A stretch of DNA of 24,000 nt from assembly GCA_029260595.1 (NCBI GenBank), contig JAJDCY010000010.1, positions 273,675-297,674 of the forward strand, in the 5' to 3' direction. The translations under genes and the position numbers were made by a program. The notes beneath the pieces were generated by a model. It had not been told where the DNA came from. It worked only from the letters and a program-made list of their open reading frames with translations, and made no database searches. Shown piece after piece: positions 8,252 to 15,166 of this stretch. The stretch is from Phycisphaeraceae bacterium. GTDB lineage: Bacteria; Planctomycetota; Phycisphaerae; Phycisphaerales; Phycisphaeraceae. How positions within the stretch are numbered: the first letter of the stretch is position 1; the number at the start of each line of letters is the position of its first letter.

Positions 8252-8351
8252 GCGGGCATGATACCCGGGTGGGCGTTCGCGCTGGCGGGGATTGGGTTGG
8301 GTCCAGCCCGATGGCGGGTCGGATGGGGGAAGTTTGATCCCGGGAATCGAA

Positions 8352-8438
8352 TGCGGCCGAGAGGAGTCGAACCTCCACGGGGTGTTTAGCCCCACTAGGA
8401 CCTGAACCTAGCGCGTCTGCCAATTTCGCCACGGCCGC
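8352..8438 (-). tRNA. tRNA-Leu (anticodon CAG), class II with long variable arm
   Basis: The reverse complement folds by hand into a cloverleaf. The 7-bp acceptor stem pairs GCGGCCG with CGGCCGC and the 3-bp D stem pairs GCG with CGC. The anticodon stem pairs CTAGG with CCTAG, with loop TTCAGGT (anticodon CAG). The variable arm is GGGG..CCCC. The T arm is GGAGG-TTCGACT-CCTCT, and the discriminator is A. CCA is not encoded. Length is 87 nt. Confidence 0.95.
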
Positions 8439-8455
8439 GTCGCTGTAGCAGCGGA

Positions 8456-8483
8456 AGTCTAGACGATTCCGGGGATCAATCAA
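8456..8483 (-). promoter_or_regulatory. Candidate promoter for tRNA-Leu (TTGATT-N16-TAGACT on the minus strand)
   Basis: On the minus strand, TTGATT (8483-8478) and TAGACT (8461-8456) are separated by 16 nt. The -10 ends 17 nt before the mature tRNA 5' end at 8438. Confidence 0.4.
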
Positions 8484-8534
8484 GCCCGCGATATTGGTTG
8501 AGGTTGTCGGGCGGGCGGATCGAGCGGCGTCGGC

Positions 8535-9083
8535 CTAGAGGCTCAGCACCGTGATGTGGGTGTTGGTGTAGACGCAGATCTCGCCGGCGATGGTCAGGGC
8601 GTTGCGCGCGACCTCGTCGGCCGGCTGATCGGTGTGGTCCATCAGCGCCCGCGCGGCGGCCGTGGCATAGGCGCCGCCTGAGCCGATCCCAAGCACTCCG
8701 TCGCTGGGCTCAATCACGTCGCCGGAACCGGAAATCAGCAGGCTGCACGACCGGTCGGCGACGATCAGCAGGCTTTCGAGCCGCCGCAACATCCGATCCG
8801 TCCGCCACAGCTTGGCCAGCTCGATCGCGGCTTTTTTGATATTCGCCGGCGATTGCTTCAATGTGGACTCGAACCTTTCGAGCAGGGCGAAGGCGTCGGC
8901 TGCGGCACCGGCGAAACCGACCAGCACCCCGGCGTCGTCGGTGCCGCCGGCGTCGAGCTTGCGCACCTTCACGGCATCGGCTTTGGCGATGATCTTATCC
9001 ATCGTGACCTGCCCGTCGCCGGCGATCGCGACGTGGGTGCCGCGGCGTGCGGAGAGGATGGTGGTCGCGTGGAATCCGCTCAT
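8535..9083 (-). CDS. hslV: ATP-dependent protease subunit HslV (ClpQ/CodW type)
   Basis: A 182-aa product from ATG 9083: MSGFHATTILSARRGTHVAIAGDGQVT...GSGGAYA..., with typical HslV blocks throughout. The 267-aa track ORF adds an implausible Arg/Pro-rich extension. Confidence 0.9.
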   Translation of the reverse strand: MSGFHATTILSARRGTHVAIAGDGQVTMDKIIAKADAVKVRKLDAGGTDDAGVLVGFAGAAADAFALLERFESTLKQSPANIKKAAIELAKLWRTDRMLRRLESLLIVADRSCSLLISGSGDVIEPSDGVLGIGSGGAYATAAARALMDHTDQPADEVARNALTIAGEICVYTNTHITVLSL

Positions 9084-9179
9084 GGTGAGTCCTGGTGGGT
9101 CGTGGTTTGCCCCCGCGTGGGGCCGTGCTCGGCGGCGAGCCGGATTGAGTCGGCTGACCGAGCGTGTTAATACCCGCTG

Positions 9180-10232
9180 ATGAACGAGGATGCCAACGCG
9201 GAAGCACCGGGGGGTGTGGGAGAGGGCGATACGGATGCTGCGGGGCACGTGCCGGTGTTGGTCGAGCAGGTGCTGGGCCTGCTGGCTCCGCAGGCCGGGC
9301 AAGTGGTCCTGGACTGCACGGTTGGGCTGGCGGGCCACGCGACGCGGATAGCGCCCTTGCTGGCACCGGGTGGGCGGTATGTGGGCCTGGACCTGGACCC
9401 GGCGAATGTCGCGCTGGCTCGGGAGCGATTGGACTCGGTCGCGGTTGGTAGCGATGTCGAGGCGGACCTGATCCAGGCGAATTTCACGACGGCACGAGCG
9501 GTGCTGGACGAATTGGGGATTGACCGGGTCGATGGGGTGTTGGCCGATCTGGGCTTCGCGTCAAACCAGATGGGCGATCCGCAGCGCGGGCTGTCGTTTA
9601 ACAGCGATGGGCCGCTGGACATGCGGTTGGACCCAACGCTCACCGAGACGGCGGCGGACCTGATCGCCGGATTGGATGAGACGGAGTTGGCCAATCTGTT
9701 GTATCGGTACGGCGATGAGCGGCGTAGCCGTCGAATCGCGCGAAAGATTGTCGAACACCGGCGGCGTTCACCGATTAATACCACTGGCGAACTGGCCGCG
9801 CTGGTTCGCGCTGCGTATGCGTCGGTGCGGGGGCGGTCCAAGCCGTCCAGTCGCAAGCGCCGGGCCGGGCCCAAACGGATCGACCCGGCGACACGGACGT
9901 TCATGGCACTACGGATCGCCGTGAATCGCGAGCTGGAATCGCTTGAGGCATTGCTCGCGTCGCTTGGCGAATTGATGAGGCCCGGCGGTGTGGCGGCGGT
10001 GATCAGCTTCCACTCGCACGAGGACCGTATGGTCAAGCGGGCGTTCATGGGCTGGCACCGGGAAGGGCGCGGCGAGCGGCTGACGGCCAAGCCGGTGGTC
10101 GCCGAGGAAAGCGAGCGGCTGAGCAACCCACGGAGCCGGTCGGCCAAGCTGCGAGCGATCCGGTGGCTTGGCGCTACGGCGGCGGGCGAGGCGGGCGAGG
10201 CAGGCGAGGCGGGGGGGCTAGGCGGGCGGTGA
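9180..10232 (+). CDS. rsmH: 16S rRNA (cytosine1402-N4)-methyltransferase RsmH (MraW)
   Basis: Characteristic RsmH blocks are present: HVPVLVEQV, DCTVGLAGHA, DLGFASNQM, RGLSFNSDGPLDMRLD, ISFHSHEDRMVKRAF and NPRSRSAKLRAI. Confidence 0.9.
   Translation: MNEDANAEAPGGVGEGDTDAAGHVPVLVEQVLGLLAPQAGQVVLDCTVGLAGHATRIAPLLAPGGRYVGLDLDPANVALARERLDSVAVGSDVEADLIQANFTTARAVLDELGIDRVDGVLADLGFASNQMGDPQRGLSFNSDGPLDMRLDPTLTETAADLIAGLDETELANLLYRYGDERRSRRIARKIVEHRRRSPINTTGELAALVRAAYASVRGRSKPSSRKRRAGPKRIDPATRTFMALRIAVNRELESLEALLASLGELMRPGGVAAVISFHSHEDRMVKRAFMGWHREGRGERLTAKPVVAEESERLSNPRSRSAKLRAIRWLGATAAGEAGEAGEAGGLGGR
10182..10208 (+). repeat. In-frame 9-nt tandem repeat (GCGGGCGAG x3, one mismatch) encoding (AGE)3 at the RsmH C-terminus
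   Basis: gcgggcgag at 10182-10190, gcgggcgag at 10191-10199 and gcaggcgag at 10200-10208, followed by the partial gcggggggg. The repeat is in phase with the rsmH frame. Confidence 0.8.
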
Positions 10233-10289
10233 ATCGATTGAGCCGTTATGGCGGACGGCGGAACAAGAACCTCCACGGATGGATGGGCT

Positions 10290-11591
10290 ATGGCACGCGA
10301 AACGAAAATCGGACTCCTGGTCGGCACCGCGGTCATCCTGCTGATCGGGATTATTGTCAGCGATCACCTGGCGACGGTGCAGCGGCAGAACCCTGCCGAG
10401 ATGACGCGCTTCGCCGATCAGGCACAGCGCAGCATTACCGATCGGCTGACGACCAGTCGCACCGCCGTCCCGGTGGCTGAGCGGCCGGCGGCGGCAACAA
10501 CGGCACAGCGTCGCGAGGTCTTGCCGATCGCCGAAGACCTTCCGATCAAGCCGAGGTCAGCACGCGCCCATCCGCAGCCGATCATTGAGCCGGGTCCGCA
10601 AGTGCCCCTCGATCAGACCTCGCCACAGCGCGGCCCGTTGTTCGCGGCGCTGCCCAACACCGATATCCCGACGCTCAGTCAGACCGACACAGTGTCGATC
10701 CCGGCGGTTCGACCCGGTTCACCGACGACCTACGCTCCGGTGACCGAGCCGGACGCGACGCCTGACCCGCGGGCGCGGACAGCGATGTTGCCGACGGGTG
10801 AATATCAGCAGTTCTGGAGCGCCCGGCAGACGTCGCAGGACCAGACCACACCGGCGCGATATCAGACCAACACATCTCGCGCGACGGCTTCGACGGTTCG
10901 CCACACCGTTGCGGGGGGCGAGTCGTTGTGGGTGATCGCACAGCGGTACTACGGCGATGGCGGTCGTTGGCGCGAGATCGCCAAGGCCAACCCGGGCGAG
11001 GTCGGCGCGGGCGGTGTCGTCCAGAGTGGGGCGTCGCTCGTGATCCCCGGTGCGCCGGGCAGTGTCAATTCTGATCGCGTTATTGAGGCTGGGCGGTTGC
11101 CGTATGTTCCGCAGACGGCGGCGAGGACGATGCAGAAGCAGAGTCAGCCTGAACAGGTAACGCCTAGCGCAACGGATCGGTCTCGGGTGATCCTGGTGAA
11201 GGCGGGCGACCATCTAAGCAGCCTCGCGCGGCGGCACCTGGGCTCGGACACACGCTGGCCGGAGCTGTTCGAAGCCAACCGCGACCAGTTGCCGGACGCG
11301 GACTCGCTGCGGCCGGGGATGAAGTTGGTGTTGCCACAGACGGCTCGCTCGTCGGCACCGCCGGTCGAGAGCGATCGAAGTGCTAAGCCGGCTATCAAGC
11401 CCGCGACGCAAACGCACACCGTTCGATCGAGTGAGACGCTCTCGTCGATCGCGCGTGATGTGCTTGGCGACGAAGGCAAGTGGTATGCGATTTATCAGGC
11501 CAATCGCGATCGGCTGTCGAGCCCCAACGATATCCGGCCGGGGCAAAAGCTCCGCATCCCGGCGCCGATGAGTTCGGCCGACGCCCGGTAG
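10290..11591 (+). CDS. Bitopic membrane protein with a long Pro/Thr/Gln-rich linker and three C-terminal LysM peptidoglycan-binding domains
   Basis: The N-terminus is MARETKIGLLVGTAVILLIGIIVSDHL (a single TM). ATG 10248 is an alternative start. An approximately 175-aa low-complexity linker follows. The LysM units are at nt 10902-11048 (HTVAGGESLWVIAQRYYGDGGRWREIAKANP...LVIP), 11187-11333 (ILVKAGDHLSSLARRHLGSDTRWPELFEANRDQL...LVLP) and 11415-11558 (HTVRSSETLSSIARDVLGDEGKWYAIYQANRDRL...LRIP). Confidence 0.85.
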   Translation: MARETKIGLLVGTAVILLIGIIVSDHLATVQRQNPAEMTRFADQAQRSITDRLTTSRTAVPVAERPAAATTAQRREVLPIAEDLPIKPRSARAHPQPIIEPGPQVPLDQTSPQRGPLFAALPNTDIPTLSQTDTVSIPAVRPGSPTTYAPVTEPDATPDPRARTAMLPTGEYQQFWSARQTSQDQTTPARYQTNTSRATASTVRHTVAGGESLWVIAQRYYGDGGRWREIAKANPGEVGAGGVVQSGASLVIPGAPGSVNSDRVIEAGRLPYVPQTAARTMQKQSQPEQVTPSATDRSRVILVKAGDHLSSLARRHLGSDTRWPELFEANRDQLPDADSLRPGMKLVLPQTARSSAPPVESDRSAKPAIKPATQTHTVRSSETLSSIARDVLGDEGKWYAIYQANRDRLSSPNDIRPGQKLRIPAPMSSADAR

Positions 11592-11653
11592 CGGCGACCC
11601 ATAGCCAACGCCACGGCGGGCGGGTTTCTGCGCACGATCGGTTCGGGATTCTT

Positions 11654-12013
11654 ATGACTAGTCGCACGCACAGCAAGGCTGATCGCTTGGCCGAGGGCGA
11701 TCGGACGGCCGCGTCGTCGGTTGCATTAAAGATGGCGGTGGTGATTGTCTTCCTCGCGTTGATGGGGATCGCGTTGCTCTCGATGCGACAGGAGCGGTTC
11801 GACCGGATGCACGCGATGTCCGGGCACCACGGGGGCATCGCACGCGCCCGCCAGGACCTTTGGGACATGCAGTCGCGGATCGCGTCGCGCGTCGGGCCTC
11901 GCTCGTTACACGAGGTGATCGAGTGGTCGCAGATCGAGCTTGAGCCGGTCACCCCGTTGACCGGGCAGATGCCGCCGGCGATCGAGGGGGTGGAGTCCGC
12001 CGATGCACGATGA
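11654..12013 (+). CDS. ftsL: FtsL-like small bitopic cell-division protein
   Basis: A 119-aa product from ATG 11654. It has a short basic N-terminus, one TM (ALKMAVVIVFLALMGIALL) and a helical periplasmic tail (ARQDLWDMQSRIASRVGPRSLHEVIE). It sits immediately upstream of ftsI, and the ftsI start ATG 12003 lies 11 nt inside its 3' end (stop TGA 12011-12013). The call rests on position and topology, not on strong sequence identity. Confidence 0.55.
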   Translation: MTSRTHSKADRLAEGDRTAASSVALKMAVVIVFLALMGIALLSMRQERFDRMHAMSGHHGGIARARQDLWDMQSRIASRVGPRSLHEVIEWSQIELEPVTPLTGQMPPAIEGVESADAR

Positions 12014-13859
12014 CGCACCCCAGCCTCATTTGCGCCTCGTTACCGAGAAGGATCTGGTCACTGAGGCTCCGCCGCAGTCGTGCGATGATTCGCCTGTGCC
12101 TCGTGGAGTCGTGCTGCGCCCGGGAAACACCGAGGACGGCGCTCGTCGCGTGCTGTGGGTTGGCTCGGGTCTGATCGGGTTGATCTCGTTATTAATGGTG
12201 GCGCTGCTTGGCAGAGTGATCTTGCTGCAAACACAGCCGAGCACGCCGATCGCCAGCCGCATCGGATCGCAGCACGGGACGCGGCCGATCCTCGCACGGC
12301 GCGGCAATCTGTTGGATCGACGCGGACGCGTGTTGGCGACGAGTCGCGTCGTCAAACGTCTGTTCGCCGACCCCGGCCTAATCGAGGAGCCCGGCACCTT
12401 CGTCGAGCGCGTCGGACACGAACTCGATTACGACCCGGCGTGGCTCGCACGCAAGATCGACCGCCGCCCCCACAGCCGATACGTCGCGCTCGATACCCGC
12501 CTGAGCGACGACCGTATCGAGCGCGTCAAGCACTTCCGCCTTCGTGGTCTGGGCACGCAGGACCACGCCGTGCGCGACTACCCCCAGGGGTCGCTCGCCG
12601 GGCAGTTGATCGGCTTCGTCGGGGCTGACGGGCTCGGCCTCGAGGGGCTCGAGCGTGTCTATGATCGCGACTTGATCGGCCGTGACGGAGAACTCCGTTA
12701 CTTGCGCGACTCCGGCCGGCGCGTGCTGTGGGTCGAGCAGTCGGCCTACGCGACCCCATCCGACGGCGACGCGATCCGCCTGTCGATCGACGCGACGCTG
12801 CAGCACTTCGCCGAGACGGAGTTAGCCGCGGCGTGCAACGAGTTTGACGCCGAGTCCGGCCAGATGGTCATGATCGATCCGCAGACCGGCCAGGTCCTGG
12901 CAATGGCGAACCACCCGGTATTCGACCCGAATCTCTTCCGCGATTCCAACGCCGCGCTGCGCCGCAACCGCTGCGTCACCGACACATTCGAGCCCGGCTC
13001 CACGCTCAAACCGATGGTCTGGGCCGCCGCGACGCAGGCCGGTACCGCCGGCATTGACGAGGTGATCGATTGCACAGAGTCCGGCTTTTTTGTGACCGAG
13101 GGCGGGCGGCGTTTGCGCGACGCTCACGGGTTGGGCAAGCTGACCTGGGCCGGTGTGCTGGCGCGATCAAGCAATATAGGCATGGCGATTATCGGGCAGC
13201 GCATGGGCGCCGCTCGGCTGCACCAAACGGTCCGCGCGTTCGGCCTGGGCACGACAACCGCCAGCGGCTTGCCCGGTGAAGTCGCCGGAACGGTCCACCC
13301 GTTACACAAGTGGAACCACTACTCCGTAACCAGTGTCCCGATGGGTCAGGAGGTCGCGGTGACGCCGCTGCAACTCGCGGTCGCGTTCGGCGTGATCGCG
13401 AACGGCGGAGAGTTGATCCGCCCCAGCGTTATCGCCGCGCCGGCTACACCGTACTCACCAGTGCTCGGGCGAGTCTTGACCGAGCAGACGGCCGAGCTGA
13501 CCAAGCGTGTGTTACGCACAGCGGTGTCGGACCCGCACGGCACGGGCCGACGTGCGAACAGCCCGTTGTACGAGATATTCGGCAAGACCGGGACCGCCCA
13601 GGTCGCCAATCCGGATGGCGGCGGGTACCTGGAGGATCAATACATCTCGTCGTTCGTTGCGGGTGCTCCGCTGGAGCGGCCCGCCGTGGTGGTGGTGTGT
13701 GTGATCCATCGCCCGGACAAATCCATCGGCCACTATGGCGGCGCCGTCGCGGCGCCGGCTGTGCGGCGAGTGATCGAAAAAAGCCTGGTCTATCTCGGCG
13801 TTCCGACGCTCGCCGCGCCTGACGCGATCCCGGCCGGCTCGTTGGTCGCACGCGAATAG
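12003..13859 (+). CDS. ftsI: Peptidoglycan D,D-transpeptidase FtsI (class B penicillin-binding protein)
   Basis: It has an N-terminal TM (VLWVGSGLIGLISLLMVALLGRVILL) and a PBP dimerisation-type region. All three transpeptidase motifs are present: SxxK (GSTLKP), SxN (RSSNIG) and KTG (GKTGTAQ). Confidence 0.9.
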   Translation: MHDDAPQPHLRLVTEKDLVTEAPPQSCDDSPVPRGVVLRPGNTEDGARRVLWVGSGLIGLISLLMVALLGRVILLQTQPSTPIASRIGSQHGTRPILARRGNLLDRRGRVLATSRVVKRLFADPGLIEEPGTFVERVGHELDYDPAWLARKIDRRPHSRYVALDTRLSDDRIERVKHFRLRGLGTQDHAVRDYPQGSLAGQLIGFVGADGLGLEGLERVYDRDLIGRDGELRYLRDSGRRVLWVEQSAYATPSDGDAIRLSIDATLQHFAETELAAACNEFDAESGQMVMIDPQTGQVLAMANHPVFDPNLFRDSNAALRRNRCVTDTFEPGSTLKPMVWAAATQAGTAGIDEVIDCTESGFFVTEGGRRLRDAHGLGKLTWAGVLARSSNIGMAIIGQRMGAARLHQTVRAFGLGTTTASGLPGEVAGTVHPLHKWNHYSVTSVPMGQEVAVTPLQLAVAFGVIANGGELIRPSVIAAPATPYSPVLGRVLTEQTAELTKRVLRTAVSDPHGTGRRANSPLYEIFGKTGTAQVANPDGGGYLEDQYISSFVAGAPLERPAVVVVCVIHRPDKSIGHYGGAVAAPAVRRVIEKSLVYLGVPTLAAPDAIPAGSLVARE

Positions 13860-13886
13860 GCCGCCCGTCAGCCCGCACGCTTTACC

Positions 13887-13900
13887 GGGCGGATCCGCCC
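13887..13900 (+). terminator. Perfect 14-nt palindrome downstream of ftsI (possible terminator hairpin)
   Basis: GGGCGGATCCGCCC at 13887-13900, 28 nt after the ftsI stop. No U-tract follows. Confidence 0.25.
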
Positions 13901-13993
13901 TGACCGCAATCGCAAATCGGCTAAGCTAGGCCAACTCCCCGGCGGACCGGGGCCTGCATCGATTGCTTCCCAACCGGTACCGAGGGTCTTGTC

Positions 13994-15097
13994 GTGCTGC
14001 ATACACCGTTTAAGAGGTTTCACAGCGAACACGAAGCGCGCTTCGTCGACTTCGCCGGGTGGGAAATGCCGATCATGTATCGTTCGATTCATGAGGAGCA
14101 CCGGTGCGTGCGCGAAGCCGGCGGGATGTTCGACGTGTCGCACATGGGCCGCGTGCGGATCGCCGGTCCCGATGCACGCCGGCTGCTCGAACGGGTGTGC
14201 ACGCGGCGCGTCAGCGACATGGTCGAAGGTCAGTGCAGGTACAGCCTGCTGTGCAATGATCGCGGCGGGACGATCGACGACATCCTGGTGTACCGGTTCG
14301 ACGAAGACTGGCTGCTGGTCGTCAACGCATCGAATCGCGAGAAGGTGCTCGCCCACCTCGCCGAGCAGGCGGCGGGGCGCGACGTGCGGGTCGACGACGA
14401 GACGATGCGCACCGCGATGGTGGCGTTGCAAGGCCCGAAGGTGGTCCCGGTGATCGCGAAGTTTTCGCAGCAGGTGCCAACCCTGAAACGGTATCGGTTC
14501 TGCGTGAAGAATCTGCTCGGGTTGAAGATGACGATCAGCCGCACGGGCTATACGGGTGAGGATGGTGTCGAGGTGATCATGCCGGCATCGATGGCGCCGA
14601 TGGCGGTGAAGCTGCTGCTCGGCAAGGCCGAACAAGCCGGCGCGGCGGCGCCCGCGGGTTTGGGCGCGCGCGACACCCTACGGATGGAAGCCGCGATGCC
14701 GCTTTATGGGCACGAGTTGGACGAGGATACGGACCCGCTCAGCGCCGGGCTGGCGTTCGCGGTGAGCCTTGATAAAGATGCGGACGGCGACGGCGAGGGA
14801 TTCATCGGGCAGGCCGCGCTAAAGAAGATCGCGGCTGAGGGATCGGGGCGTCAACTGATCGGGATCAAGTTGGCCGGCAAGCGGACCGCGCGTCAGGGGA
14901 TGGAGGTTCGTGTGGGCGATCGAGCGATCGGGCAGGTGACCAGCGGGTGCTTGTCGCCGACGCTGGGTTACCCGATTGCGATGGCGTATGTAGAGTCGGG
15001 GGCGTGCGGCGAGGGTGATATGGTTGGCGTCGTCGCCGGATCCCGCGCGGCGCTCGATGGCGAGGTCGTGGGCTTGCCATTTTATCGATGTGGTTAG
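13994..15097 (+). CDS. gcvT: Glycine cleavage system aminomethyltransferase GcvT
   Basis: The start is GTG 13994. The product reads LHTPFKRFHSEHEARFVDFAGWEMPIMYRSIHEEHRCVREAGGMFDVSHMGRVRIAGPDA...ISRTGYTGEDGVEV...GARDTLRMEAAMPLYGHEL, which is canonical GcvT along its length. Confidence 0.9.
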   Translation: MLHTPFKRFHSEHEARFVDFAGWEMPIMYRSIHEEHRCVREAGGMFDVSHMGRVRIAGPDARRLLERVCTRRVSDMVEGQCRYSLLCNDRGGTIDDILVYRFDEDWLLVVNASNREKVLAHLAEQAAGRDVRVDDETMRTAMVALQGPKVVPVIAKFSQQVPTLKRYRFCVKNLLGLKMTISRTGYTGEDGVEVIMPASMAPMAVKLLLGKAEQAGAAAPAGLGARDTLRMEAAMPLYGHELDEDTDPLSAGLAFAVSLDKDADGDGEGFIGQAALKKIAAEGSGRQLIGIKLAGKRTARQGMEVRVGDRAIGQVTSGCLSPTLGYPIAMAYVESGACGEGDMVGVVAGSRAALDGEVVGLPFYRCG

Positions 15098-15166
15098 TGG
15101 TTCGGCGGTGGGCTGAGCGGATCGGCAGCGCTATGATTGACGGCTGAGAGGCGAGGCAGTGAATCT

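Noticed and set aside
8252-8395. N-terminal 48 codons of the 513-aa track ORF (6854..8395, minus strand).
   Set aside because: The extension overlaps the tRNA-Leu gene (8352-8438) on the same strand and translates its T-arm region. The internal ATG at 8251 gives a sensible TM-anchored N-terminus.
9084-9338. An 85-codon upstream extension of hslV in the 267-aa track ORF (8535..9338, minus strand).
   Set aside because: The extension is Arg/Pro/His-rich with no HslV homology, and it runs across the divergent rsmH start. HslV homology begins at MSGFHATTI (ATG 9083).
9167-10336. A 389-aa ORF antisense to rsmH.
   Set aside because: This is a high-GC shadow ORF. The product is Ser/Arg/Pro/Ala low complexity, while the opposite strand carries unmistakable RsmH motifs.
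13860-13993. A possible glycine riboswitch in the 134-nt leader of gcvT, which is a classic location for one.
   Set aside because: I could not find the conserved glycine-aptamer elements (GGAGAG..., ACCGAAGGGGCAA-like cores). The spacer is also short for a tandem aptamer. A covariance-model scan would settle this.
13868-14635. A 255-aa ORF antisense to gcvT. The same applies to other long antisense or out-of-frame ORFs: 155..493, 1341..2123, 5489..6274, 6219..6779, 15131..15937, 16597..17088, 17146..17874, 18160..18774, 18888..19727, 20870..21715, 21734..22351, 22546..22989 and 23122..23970.
   Set aside because: All overlap genes with strong family motifs on the other strand or in another frame. 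All have Arg/Pro/His/Gly-rich compositions typical of non-coding frames in GC-rich DNA.
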